A DNA stretch of 64,000 bases from NCBI GenBank assembly GCA_039586795.1, contig JBDHJS010000032.1, positions 3,847-67,846 of the forward strand, given 5' to 3'. Numbering within the stretch: position 1 is the first letter of the stretch; the number at the start of each line of letters is the position of its first letter. Origin of the DNA: Gemmatimonadota bacterium. Lineage in GTDB: Bacteria > Gemmatimonadota > Gemmatimonadetes > Palauibacterales > KS3-K002. The position numbers and the translations under genes are program-made. This document shows positions 1 through 8,072 of this stretch, piece after piece. Below the pieces are notes generated by a model. That model was not told the DNA's origin, ran no database searches, and saw nothing but the letters and a program-made list of their open reading frames with translations.

Positions 1-248
1 GCGTGAGCGACGCCGCGATAGCTGCCGCACAGGAAGTGATCACGAGCTTCGATGCCGCAGGGTTCTTGCCGAGACTGCTGCAACATGCGCAAATGCTGCA
101 GGACCATGCCCTCGAGATTGCGAACAGGGAGCCGCGCAAGGCGGTTCACCTGCTCTGGCATTCGTCGATAACGGCATGGGCTGTGGTGCTGATGGCGGAA
201 GAGATGGGGCCGGGTGGTGGTCCGGGTCCAGGCGGCCAACAGCCGTAA
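1..248 (+). CDS. hypothetical protein, C-terminal fragment (gene starts upstream of window)
   Basis: Frame is open from the window edge to TAA at 246-248. GC3-rich codons and a Gly/Pro-rich tail. No diagnostic motif. Confidence 0.3.
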   Translation, partial: VSDAAIAAAQEVITSFDAAGFLPRLLQHAQMLQDHALEIANREPRKAVHLLWHSSITAWAVVLMAEEMGPGGGPGPGGQQP

Positions 249-310
249 CGATAACGCGCGATCAGAATCGCAGAGAGCCGCTGCCCTACCGGGTAGCGGC
301 TCTTCGCGTG

Positions 311-835
311 TTACGGCAGCTGTCCCTCGGTCTCGAGACGCAACAACCGGATCTTCTCCGGCGTTCCGTTCGGCCCGGCGTAGCCACCGGGCGTGCCGTC
401 CGACCGGATGATGCGATGGCACGGAATGAAGAGGGGCAGGGGGTTGGCGCGAAGCGCGTTGCCGACCGCCCTGGCGGCGCCGGGTCGACCGATGCGGCGC
501 GCCAGTTCCGCGTATGTGATCGTGTCTCCGTAAGGGATGGCACGCGCTTCTTCGAGCACCAAACGCTCGAAGGCGCTCGCGCTCGACAGATCGACTGGCG
601 CATCCATCTTTGCGCGCTCTCCGTCCAGGTAGATCCGGAGTTGGCTTTCGATAACTGTCTGGCTCCCGTTGTCCCTCACGATCTCGTCGCCAGCCCGTTG
701 ATGGGCAAGATCGCGCTCGAACTCACGGTCACCGCTGACCAGCCAGGTCAACTTGCAGAGGCCGCGCTCGCTGGATGCTGCGTAGACCACGCCCAGCCGA
801 GTTGCGAAGCTGTCCCATCGAATCGTCTTGGTCAC
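311..835 (-). CDS. ogt: methylated-DNA--protein-cysteine methyltransferase (Ogt/MGMT family)
   Basis: 174 aa with active-site IPCHRII and the family-typical segment TYAELARRIGRPGAARAVGNAL. GTG start lies 3 nt after the stop of the upstream gene. Confidence 0.9.
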   Translation of the reverse strand: MTKTIRWDSFATRLGVVYAASSERGLCKLTWLVSGDREFERDLAHQRAGDEIVRDNGSQTVIESQLRIYLDGERAKMDAPVDLSSASAFERLVLEEARAIPYGDTITYAELARRIGRPGAARAVGNALRANPLPLFIPCHRIIRSDGTPGGYAGPNGTPEKIRLLRLETEGQLP

Positions 836-838
836 AGA

Positions 839-1843
839 TCAATCTTTGTTTCGCCGCCGAGCCCTGACTTCCTGAAGGTAGTTATCGAGGGTCAGGAACT
901 TCTCGTACACGCTCACGCCCTTACCCAAGCGGCCGATCTCGGCGAGCAGGTCCTTCAAGCGCCCGCGGCGGATCACGTAGAACCGGAAGGTCTCCGCGAA
1001 GTCCTCCTGTGGATGCTTGGACGCGTAAGCCGTGACGTGGTTGACGGGCGTCGTCGATAGGTTCCGTTTGCGAAACGAGACCCAACTCTCGTCTACCCCA
1101 CGGTATGCTTTGTCCACGTCACCAAACGCATCGTGGAAGCGCTGCGAACGAGCGAACCGCCAGTGGTGGTAGAGGAAGCTGTGACCGAGTTCGTGCGTGA
1201 TCAGACCGACCATCGCGGGCCAGGACACCTGATCTCTGGGCTGAACCAGACGCCGCTCGATCTCGACGATCTTTGGGTACTTGGGGTCAACACCAGAGAT
1301 CCCCGGCCTCAACAGTATACGGAAGCCCCAGTCGGGAACGCGCGTCTTGCGCAGCAGCTGGCGAACCCGTCTGATCGCCGGTGCCAGCAGGTTTTGTCCG
1401 GTGGCGTCCTTCCCGCACCACGGGCAGTAGTCCATCTGGTCGTCGACGCCGCCATCGCAGTGCGGACAGACACCCTGGAATTCGCCCGAGTAAGACCAGT
1501 AGTTCACACGGCCGCACCACGGGCAGTGGTGCATGGGGTACTGCATGCCGCCCTGACAACTCTTGAATGAGCAGCGCGCATGGAACTGAAAACCGCGCGG
1601 CCGCTTGAGCGGGACGTCGCTGGATGCTTCGTCGACGATACGTTTGCCGCACCAGGGGCAGTACGAGAAGCTGTCGGAGACAATCCAGCCGCAGTAATAG
1701 CACTCGCAGCCGGTGACCTGGTCGTCATCGCCCCACGTCTGATGCTTGCCGCAATCGGGGCAGAAATACCAGTAGCGGCGGAGCTCACGACTGCACCGAG
1801 TGCAATAACTGGCGGCCCAGCTCTCGAACTTAGGTAGCTTCAT
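839..1843 (-). CDS. zinc-ribbon-rich putative zinc metallopeptidase (HExxH)
   Basis: ORF is 839-1915. The preferred ATG at 1843 (MKLPKF) overlaps the upstream stop by 14 nt. Four tandem CxxC...CP(W/D)CG ribbons (nt 1415-1804) are followed by ITHELGHSF (HELGH at 1181-1195). Confidence 0.75.
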   Translation of the reverse strand: MKLPKFESWAASYCTRCSRELRRYWYFCPDCGKHQTWGDDDQVTGCECYYCGWIVSDSFSYCPWCGKRIVDEASSDVPLKRPRGFQFHARCSFKSCQGGMQYPMHHCPWCGRVNYWSYSGEFQGVCPHCDGGVDDQMDYCPWCGKDATGQNLLAPAIRRVRQLLRKTRVPDWGFRILLRPGISGVDPKYPKIVEIERRLVQPRDQVSWPAMVGLITHELGHSFLYHHWRFARSQRFHDAFGDVDKAYRGVDESWVSFRKRNLSTTPVNHVTAYASKHPQEDFAETFRFYVIRRGRLKDLLAEIGRLGKGVSVYEKFLTLDNYLQEVRARRRNKD

Positions 1844-2840
1844 ACCGGGCGAGTGCCTCCTTGACGATGCGTTCGATGAACGCGTAGTAGTCGAGCCCCA
1901 GGCGCTCGGCGGCATTGGCCATGTCTTCGCCGAATGCGATGTATGGGTTCGGGTTTACTTCCAGCACGTAAATCTCCTGATCGCTCGTGAGGCGCAGATC
2001 GATCCGGGCATAGTCGCAGAGCCCGTGTGCCTCGAATGCAATACGGCATGCCCGCTCTATTTCCCTCATCGCCGCGTCGCCGATCCGGCGCGCGAACACG
2101 TTCTTAATTCCCCAGCGCTCGCGGTACTTGAGATCCCACTTGGCGCTGTAGGTGGCGATGCGCGTGCTTCGATCGTCTATCTTGTCGAACGTCATCTCGA
2201 CTACTGGAAGAATCTGAGGCTTCCTGTTTCCGATCATGCCGACATAGAGTTCGCGGCCCTCGATCAACTGCTCGGCTATGGCAGGCTGTTGAAGCTTCCG
2301 GTGGATGAACTGAACGCGCTCCGTCAAGCTGTCGGCGTCGGTCACTACCGAAGACTGGGAGATCCCGACAGACGCGTCCTCGTGCATCGGCTTTACGATC
2401 AGCGGGAAGGGAATGTCCGCCGGCGGCGTGATTTCGCCGTTCGCCGCGTAGACCTCGAAGCGAGGGACCTGAACGGAATGATACTCCAGAACCTTTTTGC
2501 TGGTCGCTTTGTCCCGGGCCAGCAGCAGCGCCTCGGGGGGGGAACCGGTGTATTTGTACCCCTTCATCTCGAGAAGCGCCGTCACGCCGTAGTCGTAGCG
2601 CGCCTTCCCCATATAGGATTCGGTGCAATTGAATACGAGCTCCGGCTCGAACTCCTCGAGTCGATCCAGCAGGCGGCGCAGGTTGGCGTGGAACCCGATC
2701 AGATAGACGTCGTGGCCGTTTTCCATGAGTGCCTCGGCGACCTCATATTCGGCTTCCGGAACCTCGGCCTCGACCTCTTGCTTGAAGTCCTCGTCCTCCA
2801 ACCCCGCAGCCGGCGTGTCGAATACGACCGCGATCTTCAT
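1830..2840 (-). CDS. ATP-grasp ligase of the D-alanine--D-alanine ligase-like family
   Basis: 336 aa. Ddl-like central segment LLEMKGYKYTGSPPEALLLARDKATSKKVL. ATP-grasp half includes LIVKPMHEDASVGI, EQLIEGRELYVGMIGN and EIYVLEVNPNP. GGAGG lies 5 nt upstream of the ATG. Confidence 0.8.
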   Translation of the reverse strand: MKIAVVFDTPAAGLEDEDFKQEVEAEVPEAEYEVAEALMENGHDVYLIGFHANLRRLLDRLEEFEPELVFNCTESYMGKARYDYGVTALLEMKGYKYTGSPPEALLLARDKATSKKVLEYHSVQVPRFEVYAANGEITPPADIPFPLIVKPMHEDASVGISQSSVVTDADSLTERVQFIHRKLQQPAIAEQLIEGRELYVGMIGNRKPQILPVVEMTFDKIDDRSTRIATYSAKWDLKYRERWGIKNVFARRIGDAAMREIERACRIAFEAHGLCDYARIDLRLTSDQEIYVLEVNPNPYIAFGEDMANAAERLGLDYYAFIERIVKEALARYEAT

Positions 2841-3035
2841 CGATCCCTCCCTCAGAGGACATGCTAGTATAGGATGTTAGGCAACGCGGTGAGATGGCAA
2901 CAGTGGGAGTTTGTGAGGAACGCTGGGCGCGACTGAGGGGAAAAGCAAAGCGCCGTCGCAAATGGGTTGGTCAACCCGCGGGTATTGCGACAGCGCCTTT
3001 AGTGTCTCGTATCATCAGTCCCAGATCAACATGGT

Positions 3036-3236
3036 TTAGCTCTCTTCTCGTGTTACGCCACGGGATCCCACCGATAGCGCCGGCCCGATTCCCGGCCGAG
3101 GGTGTCCATTCTCTTTCGCCCTGGATTCGTACCAGGCGAACGGGAGTTCGCAAGCTGGGCACACGACCCAGTCACCATAAAAGTCGCTGCGGACGTGGTC
3201 TCTTATCCGGTTGCAGTGTGGGCATCTGAGCAGCAT
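3036..3236 (-). CDS. small zinc-ribbon protein (hypothetical)
   Basis: 66 aa with a CPHC-N17-CPAC ribbon. AAGGAG lies about 10 nt upstream of the ATG, and a sigma-54-type promoter about 50 nt upstream. Confidence 0.5.
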   Translation of the reverse strand: MLLRCPHCNRIRDHVRSDFYGDWVVCPACELPFAWYESRAKENGHPRPGIGPALSVGSRGVTREES

Positions 3237-3285
3237 TTGAGAGTTTCTCCTTTACCAGACGGGGGCGCCGCTGCCGTGTGATAAG

Positions 3286-3300
3286 GCAGAGCCCGTGCCA
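3286..3300 (-). promoter_or_regulatory. sigma-54 (RpoN) -24/-12 promoter
   Basis: The minus strand reads TGGCACGGGCTCTGC. GG and GC sit at the canonical spacing, with one mismatch to TGGCACG-N4-TTGC. It lies between a sigma-54 activator gene and the small Zn-ribbon ORF. Confidence 0.55.
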
Positions 3301-3379
3301 GCGAAGGGCGTGCGGATCCCGACCTTATAACTCGTTGTTATGTAAGATGATATGTCGCTGACCGCTCGACGCTCCCGAC

Positions 3380-3427
3380 GGTTACCCTGGGGTTCGATGT
3401 TACCAAACAGTAACAGCTGACGTAACC
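3380..3427. promoter_or_regulatory. nested inverted repeats, candidate enhancer (UAS) for the adjacent sigma-54 activator
   Basis: GGTTAC (3380-3385) pairs with GTAACC (3422-3427), and GTTAC (3399-3403)-N6-GTAAC (3410-3414) forms the inner pair. The site is 80-140 bp upstream of the -24/-12 element. An AT-rich stretch (3323-3358) lies between them. Confidence 0.3.
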
Positions 3428-3457
3428 GTGGGTGAAATCAGGGTGGCTGCAGCCGGG

Positions 3458-4831
3458 TCAGGAGAGGCCGTACTTCTTCCGCTTTTCCCAGAGGTTCTTG
3501 CGGGAGATCCCGAGACTCTCCGCGGCGCGTTGAACGCTGCCGCCACAAGCCTCCAGGGTCAGCCGAATGTACTCCTTTTCGGCGTCCGCCAGGGTCAGCC
3601 CTTTGCCGACGCCGAAAGCGTCTGCCGCGGCGGCCGGTTGCTGGTCGGCAATCTCGATCACGCCGAGATCCGGCAGGTCTTCGGGCCGCAGGTCGGGCCC
3701 TTCAGCGAAGATCATCGCTCGCTCGATGACGTTCCTCAGCTCGCGAACGTTGCCGGGCCAGTCCCAATCTTCGAGCTCCTTAAGAGCCTCCGGGCTGATC
3801 TTCTCGACCTGCTTTCTGAACTCCAGGTTGAACACCTCCCGGAAGTGCTCGGCGAGGATGTGCAGGTCGCCCTTCATCTCGCGCAGCGGTGTCAGCTCGT
3901 GGGTGGCGACGCTAATGCGATAGTACAGGTCCTTACGGAATTCGCCCTGGCGAACGGCTTGCTCGAGGTCACGATTGGTGGCGGTGATGACTCGCTGGCT
4001 CACTTCGATCTCCTCGGTGCCGCCCAAGCGTCGGAAGCGTCGTGACTCGAGGAAGTTCAGCAGTTTGGCCTGAAGTTCTTGGGACAGATCTCCGATCTCA
4101 TCGAGGAAGAGGGTGCCCGCGTCCGCCACCTCGATGAGGCCGCGCTTCGATTCTCGAGCATCGGTGAAAGCGCCTTTTTGGTAACCGAAAAGTTCGGCCT
4201 CCAGGAGGTTAGAAGGCAGAGCGGAGCAGTTGATCTCGACGAACCGTCCCTCGGAGTGCGGGCTCGAGTAGTGGATGGTCCGGGCGACAAGGTTCTTTCC
4301 GGTGCCGCTTTCGCCGAGCAGCAGGACCGTGGGGCGAGGGATGTCGGCGACACGCTGAACGAACTCACGGGTTTCCTCGAGCTTCGGGTCCTGGCCCAAG
4401 ATGGCGCGGAGCGAGAATTCTTCCTGTCGTACCTGCTGAAGCGACGCGGCTTCCTCGCGCAAGGGCCGCACCTCGAGTTCCCGAGTGAGGAGCGTCATCA
4501 GTTCGTCCATGTTGACGGGCTTCGTCAGGTACTCGCTGGCGCCTGCCTTCAACGCTTCGATGGCCGTTTCCAGGTCGGCGTGGGCGGTGAGGACGAAGAT
4601 TGGCAGGTGGGGATCGGACTGGCGGAGCCGGCGGGTCACCTCGATACCGCTCAGTCCCGGCATCACAAGATCGGTGATCACCGCATCGGGAGGTTCCTCG
4701 GTGCGGCGGTCGAACAGCTTCTGATGGTCGTCGAAGACTTCGCTTCGGACCTTGCCAGCTTTGCCGAGGTTGGCGGCAAGCAGCTTGGCGTAGGTGATGT
4801 CGTCGTCGAGGATGTAGACTTTCGGTATCAT
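3458..4831 (-). CDS. sigma-54-dependent response regulator (NtrC/AtoC family: REC + AAA+ + Fis-type HTH)
   Basis: Receiver segment AVITDLVMPGLSG, Walker A GESGTGKN, GAFTDA (a GAFTGA variant), and C-terminal HTH SVQRAAESLGISRKNLWEKRKKYG. ATG at 4831 is preferred over TTG at 4867. Confidence 0.9.
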   Translation of the reverse strand: MIPKVYILDDDITYAKLLAANLGKAGKVRSEVFDDHQKLFDRRTEEPPDAVITDLVMPGLSGIEVTRRLRQSDPHLPIFVLTAHADLETAIEALKAGASEYLTKPVNMDELMTLLTRELEVRPLREEAASLQQVRQEEFSLRAILGQDPKLEETREFVQRVADIPRPTVLLLGESGTGKNLVARTIHYSSPHSEGRFVEINCSALPSNLLEAELFGYQKGAFTDARESKRGLIEVADAGTLFLDEIGDLSQELQAKLLNFLESRRFRRLGGTEEIEVSQRVITATNRDLEQAVRQGEFRKDLYYRISVATHELTPLREMKGDLHILAEHFREVFNLEFRKQVEKISPEALKELEDWDWPGNVRELRNVIERAMIFAEGPDLRPEDLPDLGVIEIADQQPAAAADAFGVGKGLTLADAEKEYIRLTLEACGGSVQRAAESLGISRKNLWEKRKKYGLS

Positions 4832-4912
4832 CGCTGCAATATTTGTCGACAATCGCCGAAGTAACAAGCCCGGCCCCCCAAGAGCACTCCCGCCCCGGGA
4901 AGCCAGATCCGA

Positions 4913-5299
4913 ATGGAAAACGCATACCGAGTCGTCCTTATCGACGACGACCCCGACCTCAGAAAACTGGTCAAGCTAACTCTAGAATTCACCGCCCAGT
5001 GGCAGGTATCGACAGCTGCCGACGGCGCGGAGGGCATCGATGCCGTCCGGAACGTAAGGCCTGACGTGGCCGTAGTCGATATCATGATGCCTGACATGGA
5101 TGGCTACGAGGTATGCCGTCGTCTCAAGGCAGATCCGGAGACGGCCGATATCCCCGTGGTCTTTCTCACGGCGCGAAAGGAGCTGGATGAGGCCAAAGTC
5201 AAGGCCTGTGGGGCGCGTGGGGTAGTGGTGAAGCCGTTCGAGCCGGACCGTCTGGCCGAAGAGCTCACGAGACTGTGTGGAGAGGAGCCGGAATCGTGA
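4913..5299 (+). CDS. single-domain response regulator (CheY-like receiver)
   Basis: 128 aa with VVLIDDDPD, VAVVDIMMPDMDGYE and VVVKPF. Confidence 0.85.
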   Translation: MENAYRVVLIDDDPDLRKLVKLTLEFTAQWQVSTAADGAEGIDAVRNVRPDVAVVDIMMPDMDGYEVCRRLKADPETADIPVVFLTARKELDEAKVKACGARGVVVKPFEPDRLAEELTRLCGEEPES

Positions 5300-5649
5300 C
5301 CGCATCGACGCCCGAAGAGGAGTTGCTGGAGCAGGTCTACAGGGAGTTTCGTGAGGGGCTGTCACAACGTCTCGACACGATGCGAGTAGCGTTGGAAGGA
5401 CTGGCAGAGGCGTACTCCGAGGAGTCTGCGGAACTCTTCTATCGTACCGCTCATTCGCTCAAGGGCACGGCCGCGTCCTTCGAGGCGACCGAGCTGGTTC
5501 AGCCCGCAACCACGTTGGCCGGGATCGGTCTCCCCTGGTACGACGGGGAAGTGCCGCAAGCCGAAGAGATCGAGGCTGCCCTCGAGAGTCTGGAGCAGCT
5601 CGGCGAGGCGGTACAGCGGTACACGGCTCGCATAGAGGGCGAAGGGTAG
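5296..5649 (+). CDS. Hpt (histidine phosphotransfer) protein
   Basis: AHSLKGTAASF phosphotransfer motif. GTG start overlaps the upstream TGA (GTGA at 5296-5299). Confidence 0.7.
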   Translation: MTASTPEEELLEQVYREFREGLSQRLDTMRVALEGLAEAYSEESAELFYRTAHSLKGTAASFEATELVQPATTLAGIGLPWYDGEVPQAEEIEAALESLEQLGEAVQRYTARIEGEG

Positions 5650-5651
5650 AG

Positions 5652-8030
5652 ATGGATTCCGGATCCGGACCGCACGGCCTACATGCCGCACGGCTCGAGG
5701 TGGTTGGCGAGCTGGCGTCGCTGATCAACAGCACGTACGATCTCGACGAGATCTTCCACACTGCCATTCTCAAGCTCAAACGTGTGCTCCCATTCCGGCG
5801 GGCCAGCGTGGTTCTGACTTCGGACGACCGTTCGAGCTATTACCTGCACACGCTGTATGACGAGGAGCGGGGCGGCTTCGTTCAGGTCGAGGGTGGCTTC
5901 CCGATTGAAAGAGGTATGACGGGGCAGGCGATCGAGACGGGTAAAGCGATCAGGGTCGATTCGTTCGGTGGCACGGACGGGATTCGCACGAGCAAAGAAA
6001 GCAGTGTGTCGGCGCTCATCGTTCCGATCGAGGTCGACGAAGAGGTGATTGGGACTCTGAACTTCGGCGTCCGGAAACCGGAGAAGTATGAGCAGCGGGA
6101 CCTCGAGCTGGCGGTGCTGCTCGCTCGTCAGATCGCCACGTCCCTTCATTACTCCAAGTTGCTCGCAACAATCCGTGAACAGCAGGAAGCGCTGGCGGTG
6201 GAACACTCGCACGTCGAGTCAGAGCGTACGCGGCTGGAAGCGCTCATCGACGCCAGTGATGCGGCGGTGATGATGGTTGCCGATGACCGAGTTGCCCACG
6301 CCAACAACGGGATGGCAGAGCTTCTGGGCTTGCCGCGCGAGGTTGTGCTTGGCATGTCGCTAACCGAGGTGAACCGAGTGCTTGCTCGCTCGCTTGCCGA
6401 TGCGTCGGCGCTCGATGCGCAGACGGCATCGTTGCAGGGCGGTGCTCCGCTTAACGACCGCGTCGAGTTTCACTTCCCACGACGATCCGTCTGCCAGAGG
6501 ACGGTCGCGACCGTGACCGACGACGGGGGAGCGGCTATCGGCCACCTGGTGCTTTACAGAGACGTGACGAAGGAGGCCGAGGCCGAAGCTGCCAAGAGCG
6601 AGTTCGTTTCGCTGGTCAGCCATGAGCTCCGCACACCGCTCACCTCGGTGAAGACGTCTCTTGGATTGCTGGCGCGCGGAGCCGCCGGGGATGTGAGTGA
6701 CGAGGTCCGCGACCTGCTGGAAATAGCACTCCGCAACCTGGACCGGCTGATTCGTCTGGTGGATGATCTTCTCGATCTCTCGAGGATCGAGAGTGGTCGC
6801 ATGGTGGCGAAGCTCACCGCGATCCCGCTTGACGAAGCGATGGACCGCAGTGTTGATGCGGTAGCGGGTTTCGCGAGCGAGCGAAATGTAACCATCGAGA
6901 GAGCTGATTCGGACGAGGGGCTCTCTGTTTTGGCCGATGCCGATCGCCTGCAACAGGTCATCGTCAACCTGCTATCCAACGCCATCAAGTTCTCGTCGGA
7001 GAGAAGTCGAGTAGCGATTCGCTGGTGGAAACAGGGCGAGCAGGCGGTGATGGAAGTCTCTGACCAGGGCCCGGGGATACCCGAAGAACTTATCGAGGAG
7101 ATCTTTGACAAGTTCCGCCAGTTGGAGCGAACGGCCACGCGAAAGTACGGAGGAGCCGGGCTGGGACTGGCGATTAGCCGCACGATCGTCGAACAGTTCG
7201 GGGGCGATCTGTGGGCCGAAAGCGAGGAGGGAAAAGGCGCGCGCTTCTTCATTCGGCTGCGACTGGCGTACGTCGAGCCGGAAGAACCATCCGTAGTGGT
7301 GGAGGAGCCTGCTCACCGAAGCGCTCTGCTGGTCCTCAACGATCCCGATCTGCAGCGACTGGTGGGCGCACAGTTCGAGAGCGAAGGCTGGGAGACGCAT
7401 GTAACTGGGACGGGCTCATCAGCACTGAGCTGGGCGCGGGGCGGAACAACGAGCGCGATTGTGATTGGTGTTGAGCTCGAGGACATGCACGGACACGAGT
7501 TCTTGCAGCGGCTGCGAAGCTCAGCGGTCAGCGTAGACACGCCAGCCCTTCTGTTCGGCCCCGGAAGTGAGTCGGCTCAAGCCGTAGCATTTGGCGCCGA
7601 TGGCTGGGTGGAAAGCGACACCGACCGACTGCTCAGTGAAGCGACGCGATTGGCCTTCTCACCAAAGCGTCGTGTGGTGCTTCTCATCGAGGACGACCCT
7701 GCGATTCGCGTTGGGCTGGCGCGCGGACTTCGTCGAGCCGGCTACGCGTGCCTCGAAGCGGCCAGCGGCGAGGTCGGGCTGGAGCTGGCGCGCGATCGAA
7801 GCCCCGATCTATTGGTCACCGATATTCAGGTGCCGGGCAAGGATGGTCTTACGGTATTGCGGGATTTCCGCGCCGATCCCAAGCTGGCAGACGTTCCGGC
7901 GATCGTCATCACGGGTCACGCCAATCCGGATCAGGTCGACTCGATCGCATCGCTTCAGGCGCAGTTGATCTCCAAGCCGTTCGGCACCGCGATGGTGCTC
8001 AAGGAAATAGAGCGACAGCTTGGCGCCTGA
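5652..8030 (+). CDS. hybrid sensor histidine kinase (GAF-PAS-HisKA-HATPase, degenerate receiver, canonical receiver)
   Basis: H-box SHELRTPLTS, N-box NLLSNAIKFS, G1 DQGPGI and G2 GGAGLGLAIS. The C-terminal receiver has LLVTDIQVPGKDG and SKPF. It is preceded by a receiver-like module without an obvious acceptor Asp. Confidence 0.9.
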   Translation: MDSGSGPHGLHAARLEVVGELASLINSTYDLDEIFHTAILKLKRVLPFRRASVVLTSDDRSSYYLHTLYDEERGGFVQVEGGFPIERGMTGQAIETGKAIRVDSFGGTDGIRTSKESSVSALIVPIEVDEEVIGTLNFGVRKPEKYEQRDLELAVLLARQIATSLHYSKLLATIREQQEALAVEHSHVESERTRLEALIDASDAAVMMVADDRVAHANNGMAELLGLPREVVLGMSLTEVNRVLARSLADASALDAQTASLQGGAPLNDRVEFHFPRRSVCQRTVATVTDDGGAAIGHLVLYRDVTKEAEAEAAKSEFVSLVSHELRTPLTSVKTSLGLLARGAAGDVSDEVRDLLEIALRNLDRLIRLVDDLLDLSRIESGRMVAKLTAIPLDEAMDRSVDAVAGFASERNVTIERADSDEGLSVLADADRLQQVIVNLLSNAIKFSSERSRVAIRWWKQGEQAVMEVSDQGPGIPEELIEEIFDKFRQLERTATRKYGGAGLGLAISRTIVEQFGGDLWAESEEGKGARFFIRLRLAYVEPEEPSVVVEEPAHRSALLVLNDPDLQRLVGAQFESEGWETHVTGTGSSALSWARGGTTSAIVIGVELEDMHGHEFLQRLRSSAVSVDTPALLFGPGSESAQAVAFGADGWVESDTDRLLSEATRLAFSPKRRVVLLIEDDPAIRVGLARGLRRAGYACLEAASGEVGLELARDRSPDLLVTDIQVPGKDGLTVLRDFRADPKLADVPAIVITGHANPDQVDSIASLQAQLISKPFGTAMVLKEIERQLGA

Positions 8031-8072
8031 GAGGCAATCCACAACTAACGCCGCGTACGACAGGAAAGAGGA

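Noticed and set aside
176-1060. 294-aa plus-strand ORF spanning ogt and the peptidase 3' end
   Set aside because: It is antisense to two motif-supported genes, so it is a shadow ORF.
3385-3405. GGTTCGA T-loop-like string suggesting a tRNA
   Set aside because: There is no complementary T-stem, acceptor stem or anticodon arm around it. It is part of the GTTAC inverted-repeat region.
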